A DNA stretch of 64,000 nucleotides from contig OZ287749.1 in the NCBI GenBank assembly GCA_965649765.1, positions 21,266,001 to 21,330,000 on the forward strand, in the 5' to 3' direction. Each line of letters starts with the position of its first letter. Positions within the stretch are counted from its first letter, which is position 1. Origin of the DNA: Bispira polyomma. Lineage: Eukaryota. The position numbers and the translations under genes were made by a program. The notes beneath the pieces were generated by a model that worked only from the letters and a program-made list of their open reading frames with translations, ran no database searches and was not told the origin of the DNA. Shown one piece after another: positions 14,370-28,083 of the stretch.

Positions 14370-15365
14370 ATACAAAATAAACTACAACATTATGCACAAT
14401 AAAGGTGCAGTATATATTAAAAATGTATTATTTGCCATCAGTAAAAAAATCTACTGATTATTTTTCTTTACAAAGCATCTTTTGTTTTTAGATTTGCCCG
14501 AGTCTTTTCATCTTTGACTCTAATCAGTAAGTTATCACTGCTTGCCATTCCCCATAAAATATGACAATTGGGCTCTTGTGGATTTTTGAACCCCCGAACA
14601 TGGTGCAATTATGTTTTATTTTCTCAAATAATTTGCATAATGCATTTACCACATGGTTAAAATATTCTTAATGATGGTGATAAAGGAACTCTATTTCAAC
14701 CTTAAAAAGTATGGCATCCTGTTAATGCCTGATCTAATACAAAAATTAGCAACACACATTTAGTTGGTGTAAGCTAGATCCACATTAGGTGCTACCCCCC
14801 CCCCCCCCCCTCCACACACACACACCCTCCCCCCTCCCTAACTGTGATTCTAAAATGCTTGATTTTGAGTATAAAAATGTAATGCTTTAACATCAGAAAC
14901 TCTTTGGGAGGACATGTAAAAAACATTGTTGTATAATGATTCATTTGACCATTGTCAACAACATATTATATTACAAATATGCAACATTTCAGTTCATTCA
15001 CAGATTAACATTAAAACACCTTATATACATACAAGTATAACAACGCAAGCACATTTTCAATTGTAAATTCATAGATATATTCCACGCCTGTAAGAGCCCA
15101 TTAAAACAGGGGATATATTTATTGACAGCAAGATTAAGTCAGTCCCCCAATCGTCATTAATCTAAGTCATAAAACAAAAAAAGATGAAGTGGTAAATGTA
15201 TCGGCCAGTCAGTTGCCTGCTAGTTGTGTGTATAATATATTGGGTGAAGTAACTGGGAGAGGGTGAGTGAGTGTTAAGAGTGAAGATGAATGAATGGGTA
15301 GATAAACCAACTTCAAGGCAAGAAGGTTTTACTATCAGGGGATAGGCATTGAAAGTCTTTGACTA
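14370..15365. repeat. Non-coding duplicated block A (paralogues at 21612-22371 + 24824-25297, and 26531-26735)
   Basis: Collinear shared blocks: gcttgccattcc...aaaatatgac; ataaaggaact; aaaaatgtaatgc.ttaacatcagaa; tattacaaatatgcaacatttca; ctagttg.gtgt.taata.attgggtga. Confidence 0.8.
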
Positions 15366-15825
15366 GGGTTTGAATATAATTTTATTTGTGATGGGCAGAT
15401 TTATTATTTTGCTGGAAGTTTATGGCAAGTACCCACAAGAAACTTTCCCACATAAACGATAACAAAGCAAACACGTGTAAACACTAGGCAACTGCTGCCC
15501 CTTGACACAAGTTTAACTTTAGTTAGGCTTAATATTGCTTTCAAAATTTTTATTTTATATCACAATGGGTGGTTTACTAGTGGATTTATTTTATTTTGAT
15601 TGTAATGTCGCTGTAAACAATTTTGTGTTATATTGCAAAAGGCAGTGTATTGGTAAAGGAAACTGGTGAAGACTAATGCACTAGTCTCAACATGTACATG
15701 TACTCACCGTTGCCTAAATAATAATATTGTACCTCATCAGATATCATCTATGTGCTGATGATTCGCAACTTTACAACCCTCTTTTTTACCAAGAAAGACA
15801 AACAGGTTGACATTTTGACCAACTT

Positions 15826-18225
15826 AGGGAAGGGGACTCTAAGGCGCACCATCACCGAGTCAGTGAACAAATTTCGATATCCAGGGACAGAAAAAAGGTG
15901 AAGCACCACAGAGAATGAGGGGATGATTAAGGCTAAAGTGGGTATGCATTGGTGTACAGGTAGGTTTTAAGTTGCTTTCTAAAAGAGGCTAGAGAGGGGG
16001 ATGCACAAATCACAGCAGGAAGAGCATTCCAAACAGTGGGAGCATCAAAAGCAAAGCTATAACCAAACTGTTTGACAGACTTTTGATTAGTCGGGTAGAA
16101 CTTTGGAACAACAAGGCAATTACCACCACTCTGACTGCACCTGGTATTGTAAGAACTACTGTATGAGGAAAGATATGGGGCAAAATACTTGGGAAAACCA
16201 GTGTGAAGATACTTATAAACAAGTGTGGCTGAGCGATGTTCAACGGGAAGCCAATGCATTTTGTTAAGAACAGGAAGAACTGGTGTATTGACTGGTGTTT
16301 GGAACAATTCTAGCTACACTTTTTTGAATACATTGTAATTTGCGTAGATCGAACTCGGAGGTACTCCTAAAAAGTGAATTACAGTAATCCATCGACTACT
16401 GACAAGAGCATTGGTCACAAGTATAGAAGCAACATGAATAAGAAACAGCCTGACACGTGAACATATGAAAATTATTTACAAAAAAGTGCTTATAATATGA
16501 GTTATAATCTGTGTGAAGTTGGTAGAAAAAATTGGGTTTTCATTTTAAAAGATTTATTATTTCGATATGGCTTTGGTATTGTATTTATAAACCAAGGTAT
16601 TTGTGATACCAAACAATTTATATTTGTTTTTAAGCAAAGGCCTAAAAATAATTACGTACAAGGATGGCATGGCAGTAATAACAATTGTAACTAACTATAT
16701 CATTATTGTAAATTTAAATGTCTGTTTGAAATTGAAAAATACCTATCTGCTGTTAATATAAGAAAGTATAGAGTTGCCCTAACAAAATTCCTTTATTCTA
16801 ATCAAAGGCTGAATATTGAAATAGGAATACATAAAAATGTTCCTGAGTCAGAAATAATGTTTATTTTGTGAACAACAAAGTTTGAAGTATGTAGAGGATG
16901 AATTTCATATGAGCAGTATGTGCTCTTTACATAAATCACTAAGAAATAAATATCTCCCTTATGCCTCAAATTGTAACTATTTGAATTTTATAAATATAAT
17001 GTCATCTCAGAACCCATCCAGAATATCTAACTTGTCGTGTTTTTTATATCATAGTTTTAAAATAAAAGAATTGTATATGCAAGATTAGTAATCAGTGTTA
17101 TATAAAAAATGTAAAGTTTGTTAAGATGTAAACATTATTAAACGCCTCATCATAATGTATGTACACATTATCCCAAATTAATAGGATTTTTTCAATAATT
17201 AATGTTACTGTAAAGGTATTATAGACCTGAGGCCTTAAAGTACAATCAAAGTTCTTGTACTTGTTCTTGAACCATTTAGGAACAGAGCCTCTGACTTCCA
17301 ACCAAGTCTGAAGACAACTGAGAAGAGTGAAATGATCAATGGTGTCAAATGCAGCAGAGAGGTCGAGCAACACCAAGGCAGTAGGTTCGCCTCTTGACAA
17401 GGATAAGTGAACTTCATTTTTTATAGACAGAAGAGCTATCCTAGTCGAATGACCTGTTTGATATGCAGACTGGTATGGGTTGTCTAAGTCATAGGTTTGT
17501 TTCAAGAGTTGCTTAGCAACCACTCGTTCAACCAGTTTTGATATGAAACTAACACCAGATACAGGGCGATAGTTCTTTAGATCATCAGCCGGAAGAGAAG
17601 CCTTTTTAATAAAAGGAGTGACCAGAGCAGTTTTGAAACCATCAGGTACATATCCCTCGATGAGTGAGCGGTTAACTAACTTTGTAATTGATGGGAGTAG
17701 TATATCATTACATTCCTTAATGCGAAATGTTGGCCATGAATCCAACAGGCAGGATTTTGTAGGTGAGTTTCTAATTATTTTATTTTATTAACAGCACCTC
17801 AGAGACTTTGGTATAAGCAGTAATTTTTGAGGATCAGAAAGAGGATGAACATCATTTTCGGTGCCAGAAGGAAGAAAACTATCTCTAATTTTCCTAATTT
17901 TGCAGAAAAAAAGGAAGCAAACTGGTCTGCTAATGACTTATCAAATTCGTTGGATAGAAGTGTAACTTCAGAAACCCTATTCAGGGTCTTATGCAGCTCA
18001 TGCCATATGTTGCAGGAAGCAATTTGGCGACGAAGCCGACTTCTATTCAATGGATTCTTGGACCTTTGCCAAGTTCTTTCAAATTAGCACGTAAGGGACT
18101 TTGCACGTCGATAAGAATCAGACAACCAATCCGCAGAATCTTTCTTTATCAGTCTAGACACAAGTGGTGCATGCCTATCAAGAACATCACCCAAATTATG
18201 TATGTATTGTTCGTAAAGATCGACT
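15826..18225 (-). mobile_element. 5'-truncated, decayed L2-clade LINE, interrupted by a nested insertion
   Basis: ORF2 pieces: linker (DRHAPL..., RSRLRRQIA), RT N-terminal part (KNYRPVSGVSFISKLVERVV, LVLLDLSAAFDTIDH), and C-terminus (NALVSSR.DYC, HWLPVEHR, FAFDAPTVWNALP, FRKQLKTYLY). Confidence 0.9.
16458..17269 (+). mobile_element. 3' fragment of an RTE-X-like non-LTR retrotransposon nested in the L2
   Basis: Decayed ORF2 C-terminus (NW...LKDLLFRYGFG, FKQR, EKYL, RVALTKF..SN..LNIEIG, VEDEFH...C...LRNKYLP), then a 3' UTR ending in (TTCTTG/ACTTG) microsatellite repeats. Confidence 0.7.
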
Positions 18226-18789
18226 AGAAAAGAGAAATGTAAGTGGTTGGGTAATAATATTTAAATCAAATTTATTATAATTACAAAACCAGTTCATAGA
18301 AACCAAATAACAAAAGCATGATTACGGCATGATTAGTATCAAACTAAAAAAATATCATATTACTTTGGCTGCCAGTAAGGTACAGGAAAATAAATGGATA
18401 TTGAATCATCCTACTTGTGTTTATTCATTAAAGGAACTAGAGGCACTATATTAAAAAAAACATGCTAAACTCCTTACTCAATTAGTTATCCACTAAGATG
18501 AACTTACAATTGCTGGCCATACCAAAAAACTGACTTGTAGTGATCAAGCCTCATGCCTGATGTGAAAAGCAATATGAATGCCACACATTTATTGCATTGC
18601 TTATGCCTACTAGACGTATCTCTGCATGTTCTTATCTCTATGCCTATCGGTGGGGTTTCAGGAGGCAATCCTGACACCTTAAATAGGAGATTACGGATAA
18701 TAAATCTGGAGGGGTCACTATATAGGACAAAAAATGTTGTCCTCCCAATTATTTTGTTCATCTCCTTTGTTGGAGACACAATAAATGCT

Positions 18790-19416
18790 ATGGAGTCTAT
18801 GAAGATTATGAAGAGGATAGAATTTCTAAGTATTGTCATAAATCTACAGGTCAACAGAACTCGACGAAACTATGCTGTCCCTGAGTGATATGCTCAAAAC
18901 CAGAGGAGACGGCTTTGGAGGGGTGTTAGGGTTAAGACCTGGCTCTTGGGAAGGCCCAATTTGGTTAATATGAGTTGTAATCAGACGACCAGACAGCCTT
19001 CAAACAATTTGTGTGGCTTGATCGGGCCATGTTTCACAAGCTTCTGCATCACTTTGAGTATCAGATTGAGAGATCAAACACTTTCTTCTGCTGGTCAAAC
19101 AAACTGGGCTGTAGACTGGGCTGTAGACTGGCTGTACACTGGCCATCAACTTGAGATATCTGGTGTACCTCAGACCTAGGCCAAATTAAAATCCATCTCA
19201 GCCGATTTTGCCTCTCTGTTGATTTTTTCCCATATCCTTGGCTCAATTGATGCCAAATACATAGCTAAAAGGTGCCCTAAGAATGGTGGATTATTGTTTT
19301 ACAATTAAAACGAATTCCCCTTGATTGTGCTGATTGCACTGGTAGATGCCGACTACAAATTTCTTTGGGTTTATGTTGGCACAAATGGAAGCTGCTCTGA
19401 AGCCCAGATTTTCAAT
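18790..19416 (+). pseudogene. PIF/Harbinger (HARBI1-like) DDE transposase relic
   Basis: Frameshifted translation gives RRR...VKTWLLGRP, DQTAFKQFVWLDRAMFHKLL, LAINLRYL, LGSIDAKYIA.RCPKNGG.LFYN, IVLIALVDADYKFLWVYVGTNGSCSEAQIFN. A TATA-like ctatata lies at about 18718. Confidence 0.85.
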
Positions 19417-20139
19417 GGTTGCCATTTTCATGTTAAATAGTCAGGGTTTTAATTCACTGTAAAATTGTAATCATAGAAGCATAAAGAGTATACATCTCTG
19501 TGAAAATACAATAACATGCATAAACACACATTATTGCAGAAAATATGTTTAATTTCAATAAATTAATTAACACTAAGATAACTGTAAGATAAGATAACTT
19601 TTAAATGGTATTTACCATGAGAAGAAAAAACTGCATATCTAAAATATAGATATATGACAAGGTGACAATGTCTGTGAAATATAACTTTTCCAGTTGAGAC
19701 ATTAGCTGGCAAACACCAGTTTTTTCAGTGTTGTAAAATTTAAAAGGGGTTCTTAAACATATCCATGTCTGAATCTCTTACCGTGAAAATTACACAGGGA
19801 CTGATTACGCATCAAATCATACTTCCTTTATGTGTAGTGTGAACTCATGTTTCCACATAGCACACTACATTCATATACTGGGTAACACTGCTATTTGCCA
19901 CTACGATACATTGAAAGTATGTTTATTTTTGCAGATATTTCTTCATTTGCTGAATGGTATTTGTTGTGATGCATACTCAACAAATCCATGACATGTAACC
20001 AGACCATAAGTCAAGAAAGTAAATGACTGAATTGTGTAACTGCTGGATGTTTTACTCATCAAAACATTGGCTGTGTGTGGAAACATGCTTGCATGAGAAT
20101 GTCAATCTGTGTGTCACAACACCTTATCTAATAATAGGT

Positions 20140-21560
20140 AATGTAAAAACCAACTAAACATCACCCTGTCATGTCATGTCTATTTTTTTTAGAAAGAAAT
20201 ATATATCAGGGTTAATTTGGCTCAGCAGAAAATATCTTTAAATCTTTTTTTAAAGCATGAACAAAAGAATATAAATATAAAGTCTATATGAAAACTCTTA
20301 CACTTTTTCCTTGTTATATAAAATCTCTAAGCTTAATTTCAGGAAGGGCTTTTGTAATATTTTCAAATTAGTGGAATGGAAGCAGGCTGAATGTAACGGT
20401 GTGATAGCTTGGGATAGTAATTGATATTATTAGATGTCCAGTTAAGTCAGTTTTTATCAACAAAGAACTTTATACAGATGGGGGGTGAATGAGGCTGATC
20501 AATGGAAAGTTGGCCTTGAAATCTGGACAGAAACATTGACTTGTAAACTAAAATTGATCATTTAAATGATAAATCCTTTAACAAAATACAGTTAGCATGC
20601 TATTTAATCATACTCTGAATTCGTAAAGCAGGATTTAAGTTAGGCAATAAGAAGAGTAGAAATAAAAAACACCTTTAACAAAAACAGAATTAATTTATAT
20701 GGCTATGAAAGTAAGCAGCAGGCCTTTTCTGCTTATTTGAGTTTATTCAGAGGGACATTGGGATATAGCATTCGTTTTTTTCCTTAGAGCTTTAATTCTG
20801 TTTCTAATTTAAAATACCTAATTACAAAAACAGACACTAAAAAAATAATTAATTTTATTTCATGCTAATCTAAAAATATAAAGATTTAATCCATGAATTA
20901 ACATATTATTTTTGTTTACATTTAAAAGAAAAATATTTTCCAGAGCTATGTATTATTTTATTGTATTAGAATGTGTGCTTTAGTGCTTTAAAATACTGAC
21001 TTTAAATATGTTAAAGTTTAAGAATTAGATTATATATTTAGTCTGCACTATTTTTCTCTTTTACTTTCCTGCAAAAAACCTGTAGTAAAAATATGTAGTA
21101 TTTTTTAGGTTACCGAACAAAACATCTAGGAGACTTTTTGTGAACACTCTCATTGTGAGGGCCTCCCTCCTATTTTTGGAAAGACTTATTACTTGATGCA
21201 GCTTTTATGAACGACTTCACTTCTTGGCTACCTATTACAAAATAAATTGTAGTCTCGATTTATAGTCTCTTGGGAACAATAAAATAAAGTGTTACAGACA
21301 GAACAAGGGATAATTAACATGAGATGCTTTGCAATTCCTGGCAAAGTATGCAATTGTAATTCCAATATATTGCTGAACTGATACCAAAACAACCACTTTT
21401 TAAAGTGCTTTTAGTACACATGGTTAAATAGTAAATAAACTAGTAGCCACCCTTAATTTGCAATATTTTAGTTGTCTTTTTCATTTAAAATAAAGGATAT
21501 ACAACTACAACTTAAAAGATTGTCTAAGAAAACTAGATTACAATATTAGGAATAGTTTAA
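20140..21560. repeat. Non-coding duplicated block B (paralogue at 26843-27520)
   Basis: Near-identical cores: tttcaggaagggcttttgta, gtggaatggaagcaggct, ttggaaagacttattacttgatgcagcttttatgaacgact, gtctcttgggaacaataaaa, gataattaacatgagatg. Confidence 0.85.
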
Positions 21561-22371
21561 TAAATCTTCTGTGTGTTACCAAATGATAACAAATACATCG
21601 CTGTATATATGTCATACAAAAGGTCATATTCCACAACTTAGGTGCATTATATGACCTTGTTATTTACAATTCTTCACACAACTTTACGTTCAGTACAAAA
21701 TCTACTTTTTTTTCTTTTGAAGAACGAAAATACGAATTTTTTTTTTGTTTTTAGATCTATGCTAGTCTTTTCCTCTTTGACTGGAATGAAATGAGCAAGT
21801 TATTACAGCTTGCCATTCCTCTTAAAATATGACTTAAGGCTATTGTGGATTTTTACGTTAGTATGTTGTATGTTCTCAGATCCATACCAGTTATGTACCC
21901 ATATTATGTTTTTAACTGACAGATAGGTGCCCTGCAATAACTGGACCTCAAGGTCTATAGCTTGTATTTAAATCCCTGTCTTACAAAGCCACAGTAGATA
22001 CTTAGTAGGCCACCATAATCCAGTGACTCTACTATCTGTAAAATTAAGTAGGTCCTTACCCATTAGGAGGTGCTTTGTGAAACAGTGTGTAACTCATTTC
22101 TATAGTTTTACTGTTACTAATCTTATGAGGGTTCTGTAAAACTTAGGCTACTATAAATTACTACATAGCCTCATCAAAATGTATTTATTGATGGCCTGAA
22201 GTGGTCACCTTCGTATTATCTAGAAATGTGTTCATGAACTTGAAACATTAACATACCATTTAAATATTCTCAAATGGAGATAAAGGAACTGTAATTTAAC
22301 CACATAAAGCATGACAATTTCTGCAGAGAAAAATGTAATGCCTTAACATCAGAACTGATTTAGAGGCTATA

Positions 22372-24810
22372 TCTCTACTTCAACCCACATCCACAATCAC
22401 ATACTCGACCTGGTAATCGCAAGACCAAATTCAAATCTTATCAGAGAATCATGGGTAACTGATGGGATTTCAGATCACCTAGCAACCTTCGCCTATTTAA
22501 ATTTACCAATACCTGCCTCACATAGACCTCGTGTCATAAAATACAGAAAAATCAGAAAAATCAATATAAACAAATTTAGAGACGATATCCTGGAAACTAA
22601 TCTCATCAAAAATCCATGCAAAAATGCTGAAAGCCTTAGCCTACAATACAATCACTGCCTTTCTACTGTCCTCGATAAACATGCGCCATGGGTATCAAAA
22701 ACCCTTCCCCCAACTAACACCCATGAATGGACCAATGCCGCCATTACAGAGGCCAAAAGACGCAAACGCCAACTTGAGCGTCAATGGCGACGCACAAAAT
22801 CCTCCTTAGACAGAAGCCGTTACCGTATCGCCACAAATAATTACAACAGGTTAATAACTGATGCCAAAAAGCAACACTACGACTCCATCATCACTGAAAA
22901 TCAGGATAACCCCAAAAGGTTATGGGCCTCCATAAACAAAATTCTACATCGAACATCAGAGAAAGTTCTCCCCATAAACCACTGCCTTACTTTTTTAGCA
23001 GGAAAATTTTTTATTGAAAAAATCAGCAAAATTCGTGACGCCTTCCCAACGATACATCACTTCAACCCTTCAGCCCCAGGATATAAGGTTTGTAACCTGT
23101 TTCATTTTAGTTCACTGTCAGAGCCTGAAGTTCTGAAACTCATCAAATCCTCTACCATTAAATCTTGTGACTTAGATCCCATCCCAGCAGTTATACTGAG
23201 TCAATGTCTTGACATCCTTGTCACACCCATAACAAATACATTAAATTTTTCTCTTCGGGATGGTGTTTTTCCCACCTGTTTCAAGACGGCAAACGTAACT
23301 CCCTTGATTAAAAAACAAGGGCTTGATAAAAACCAGCTCAAAAACTACAGACTGGTGTCAAACCTCAGCTTCGTCTCAAAAGTCATCGAGAAAGCTGTAG
23401 CTAAACAAATTTCTGACCACCTTAATAGACAAAACATTCAAAATCGCCATCAGTCTGCTTATAGAAAATTTCACTCTACAGAAAGTGCCCTTTTTTCAAT
23501 TAGCAATGATATCAATCTTGCACTGGACCGCAACGACACAGTGGCCCTCACCCTTCTAGATCTCTCAGCTGCTTTCGATACTATTGATCATGTCCTGCTC
23601 TGCGACACTCTCAAGCAGTGGTTCGGTATAAATGGCAGTGTCCTTAAATGGATCAGATCCTACCTTACTCTTAGAGCACAAAGAATTAAACTAGATGATC
23701 ACCTATCATCTTCCATAAAACATATGGAGTACCCCAGGGATCCGTCCTTGGTCCTCTACTTTTCACCCTTTATACACATCCTCTCAGCACTGTCATCAAT
23801 AAACACAATATAAAGCACCACATGTATGCAGATGACACTCAAGTCTATCTCTCCCTCAATCCACAAAATGCAGATACTAACATAGACCTACTTGCAGACT
23901 GTCTGTCTGATGTCCAGGCGTGGATGAACTACTCCAAACTAAAGCTTAACCCAGACAAAACAGAATTCATCCTCATAGGAAACAAGAAAAACAGTGAACT
24001 CCTAAAATCTTTGTTTCCCATCTCCCTGCTGGGAAAAGACATACTACCTTCCGAAAATGCTAAAAACCTGAGTGTCACTTTTGATTCAGCTTTTTCGTTC
24101 GATACGCATGTTGCCAACATCTGTCGCTCCTGCTATTACCACATACGTGACATCAAAAGAATCAGAAACCACTTGTCCATGGACACAGCGATAACTGTGG
24201 CAAATGCCCTTGTGAGTAGCCGCCTCGACTACTGCAATTCTCTCTTGTACGAAGCAAACAAGTCAAACATTAAAAAGCTCCAGTCCATCCAAAACTACCT
24301 ATGTAGGGTCATTTTTCGCCTGGGTTGTCGCACAGATGTCACTCCTTACCTCAAAAAATTACACTGGTTGCCCATTGAATCTCGAATTTTGTTTAAGATT
24401 CACGTTACCACTTTTAAGGCTGTAGTCACTCAACAGCCACCATACCTTGCCTCCCTTCTTTCCTTCAGTAACCGTAAGAGAGGAAACAGACTCTCTGTCA
24501 CTTCGGTCAGACCAATCAGAAAGGCGGGTTTCAGAGCATTCTCCACTGCAGCTCCACGGTTATGGAACAGTCTCCCAGTCGACCTCAGATCAGTTGATAC
24601 GCTTATCGATTTTAGGAAAAAGCTTAAAACCTATCTTTTTAATCTTGCCTACCCACCTTAGCTTTCCTCGTGCACGCTCCCACTTCCTTCCTTACGACTT
24701 TGCAATTTCCACGGACTTAATGATTGGACTAATGATTCTGCTGTTGCGCTTTAGAAGATGCCTAGCATCAATAAAGCGCGTTAAAAATCCATAATAACAA
24801 TAATAATAAT
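22372..24810 (+). mobile_element. 5'-truncated L2-clade LINE, relatively young, with (TAA)n tail
   Basis: Starts in the APE endonuclease C-terminus (THIHNHILDLVI...GISDH). RT has [23 protein letters not shown] (after a frameshift near 23720) and YADD. C-terminus has LHWLP and LWNSLP. Stop at 24661; tail ataataacaataataataat. Confidence 0.95.
24746..24779 (+). other. L2 3'-end stem-loop (RT recognition element)
   Basis: GCGCTTTA-gaa-GATGC-cta-GCATC-aa-TAAAGCGC forms perfect 8-bp and 5-bp stems just before the tail. Confidence 0.75.
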
Positions 24811-25349
24811 ATATGGAACATATGAGGCTATACTTATTCACTGAACCATTGTTGCATATGAAATTACTTATTATATTACAAATATGCAACATTTCAGTTG
24901 CATTAAAAAATTAACATAAAACTCCATATGCATGCACAAATATTATGATACAAATATATTTTTTAAAGTGTAAATTCATAGATTTAGATCACCTAAAATA
25001 GCCAAAAGAAACAGGGTGTTTATTTATTGACAGGAAGATTAACTCAGTAATCCACGAGATGGAGACGTTATCAGCATTCTAATCCTCATTAATCTACGTC
25101 ATCAAATAAGAAAGATCAACTGGTAAATGTATAGGGCCGTCAGTTCCCCGCTAGTTGCGTGTGTAATAAATTGGGTGATGTGACAAAGAGAATTTGGGGT
25201 GTTTGAGGAGCTAGTATGAAGGAATGAGTGGATCAACCAATTTCAAGGCAAAGACATCTTAGGAAATATTATTAGAGGATAGGCAATTGAAGTCTTTGGA
25301 ATCTATGAATTTGCATTGTTTTCTTTGATAAGAGCTCAACTTTTAGTTA

Positions 25350-26410
25350 TGTTTCTGTTCCACTATCACGAATGGTCGGGGAGAGGTCCTGATTAGGCGA
25401 TCATGAGCAATCCTTGGCGTTTCCCCACAATGTTTTAAGGAAAGGGCGGGAAAAAATGTATCACCACGACCTGTAAGATAAGTCGTACAACCACCACGAT
25501 AATTTGTTAACATTATGATCAATCAGCCCGATTTGTATATACAATCACATTTTGTAGGCTCATTGGGATCCCCTGGCCTCCCCGATATGTTGTTATAATT
25601 ATGATCAGGATTGCATTTCTGGGCTCCTAACCTCCCCGATTGCTAAAGATAAGTTGTTGGAACTGCTTACGATCCAAAACATAGGTCGTAAGGGTATTAC
25701 AATCCAGTCGTTTGACACTAAGATAAGTCGGCCGATGAAACAGCTGATCCAGATCGAAATCTTGTTAATAACAATCAGCGGGTACTATTTTCATCAAACG
25801 CTATATAAACAAGGGTTCAAACTTGAATCCAGACAGTTTTAATTCAATATTCAACTGATCAGCATGATTCTACAAAGAATAATAAATCTAGCAAAAGGAC
25901 TTAGGGCTGTATTGCCTACATGCAAGCACAACTGATGGACATCGAAGGTACGTTAAGACGATTAAGAAGGCAAAGAGAAGTACTGAATGTACAGCTTCAG
26001 GCTCAGGTGGCAAGAAGACAAAGGGCAAGGCCAAGGTTCTGGATCAAGCCATGGCTCAGGGAAAGGGCAGGGAAAGAGACACACCATCTGGTACAGGAAG
26101 GCACTGGCCCCTGGACTCAAGATAGCTATCACGTTGAGGCATTTAGCTACTAGGGAGTCCTGCATATCGCTGCAGTACTTGTTCGTAGTGGGCAGGTCAA
26201 CCATAACCACAATTTTGCGAGGCAATCATCGACGAGTATCCGGAAAAATGTCTCGCATGCCTCACCAGCCTTGACGACTGGCTGAAGGTGGAATTTGTGT
26301 TCCGGAACATGTGGAACGTTCCCAATGCCCTGGGGGCAAAAAACGGCAGACACATTGTTATGAGATGCCCGAGGAGAGGTGGGAGCTAGTTCTTTAACTA
26401 CAAGGGTACC
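25350..26410 (+). mobile_element. Left part of a PIF/Harbinger element with a decayed transposase (25920-26407)
   Basis: RRQRARPRFWIKPWLRER, WYRKALAPGLKIAITLRHLAT.ES..SLQYLF.VGRSTI, WNVPNALGA..GRHIVMRCP..GGS.FFNYKG. TATA ctatataaa at 25801 and a cgat/atcg-rich subterminal region upstream. Confidence 0.85.
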
Positions 26411-27866
26411 AGGACACCTCAGGGTCAAAGGGTGACAAATATTCACGCAGGAGCATTGCTAATTTACAGTAAGTTCCCCATACAGTACTTACCCTAAATC
26501 GTAGATTCTGAGTAAAAATATTTAATGGCTTTACATCAGAATCTCATTCAGGAGCCATCTAAAGTACACTGTTGTAAAAATTAACTGTACATTAATAAAC
26601 ATCATTGTATATTAAATAACTTATTTTACAAATATGCAACATTTCACACCATTCACACTGACTTCAAATACGTTATCTCCACACAAGTATCCGAACACAA
26701 GTACGTTTTTAAAAAGTGTAATTTTATAGATTAAAATTAAATTTAGGTGGCTTTAACAAGATTAGACGTTGGAGTAAATGTGAATAAACCAATGCAGTGT
26801 GCTAGCAAAAGGGTGATTATAAAAACCTTCTCAAAACACTGAAGTAACCAACCACACATCACCCTCTCCTGTCATGTCTATTTTTTTAGGATGAAATCTA
26901 TATCAGGTTTAATTTGGAACAGAATAAAACAATCTTTAATTAAAAAAATCATCCACAAAGAATATAAAATATTTTTTTTAAAGAAAAACATGCTTATATG
27001 AAATCTCTACATTGTTGTATTTTAAAATAAAACTTTTAAGCTACATTTCAGGAAGGGCTTTTGTATTATTTTAAATTAAGTGGAATGGAAGCAGGCTAAA
27101 TGTGATGGTGTGAAAGCTTGGGGTTAGTGATTGCAAAATGTGTGTTTTTTTACGTAAAGATTTTAGAGACCTTTACGTGGGCAATCTCATTGTCGGTGCT
27201 ACCCACCGATTTTATTGGAAAGACTTATTACTTGATGCAGCTTTTATGAACGACTTTATTCCTTGGCAACTTCTTACAAAATAACTTGTTTTTAGTCTCT
27301 TGGGAACAATAAAACAAAGTGCGCACAGACAGAACAACAGATAATTAACATGAGATGATCTGCATTGCAATTCCAGGTAAAAGGTTCCACTTTAAACTAT
27401 AAAGACAAATACTAGTCAATGGTGAAACATGGAAAATGGTTAAAATAGTAGGAGTAATTATTTAAAGCATTTTATGGAATGCAGTTACAATTTAAATGAT
27501 AGTCTCAGAAAACTAATTCTATATTACTTTATTGAAAATCCGGATCCAGATCCGTCCTTAAATTGGCCCATGCACCTTCCCTTCACAAGTTTTATGTATA
27601 TCAGTTTTGTTGTCAGTTAAATAGCATCAATTGGTTGTACAAAAAAAACTAACTTCGAAATGTCAGCATGAAAAAAAAGAGTAGAATGTGTAGTTGGTAT
27701 TGAACGATACTGACTATAATGTCTGGATTCTGACTATAATGGTGTTTGTGTTTGCTATTATCTTTGTCAGAATAAAACTGTATTACCCCAAAACATAGTG
27801 ATAAAATTATCTGACACAAAGACACAGCTAGTGGTATTTGCATTTTAATTACATCTTACTTTTGGT

Positions 27867-27990
27867 GGGCTGACGCCTCGGTGACAGCCCCCTTAGTTCT
27901 GGCACCAGGCCACTGGGGGGCCAATTAGGCCACCTGATGTCAAGGGGACAAGTATAAAAGGGTTTGGCGCCAACCAAGCACCATCATTAA
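27867..27990 (+). promoter_or_regulatory. Ngaro-like element promoter block: GC-rich hairpins, CCAAT (27921), TATAAAA (27953)
   Basis: GGGCTG...CAGCCC and GCCCCC...GGGGGC inverted repeats, then CCAAT and TATAAAAG about 130 bp before the ORF1 ATG. Confidence 0.6.
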
Positions 27991-28083
27991 ATTTTATACA
28001 TTCTCAAAGAAAGAGTGTTTTTTTTACAAGTGGGGCTTTACTACCCTACTTTTGGTTTAACCTGTTTTAAAATATAATTAAAT

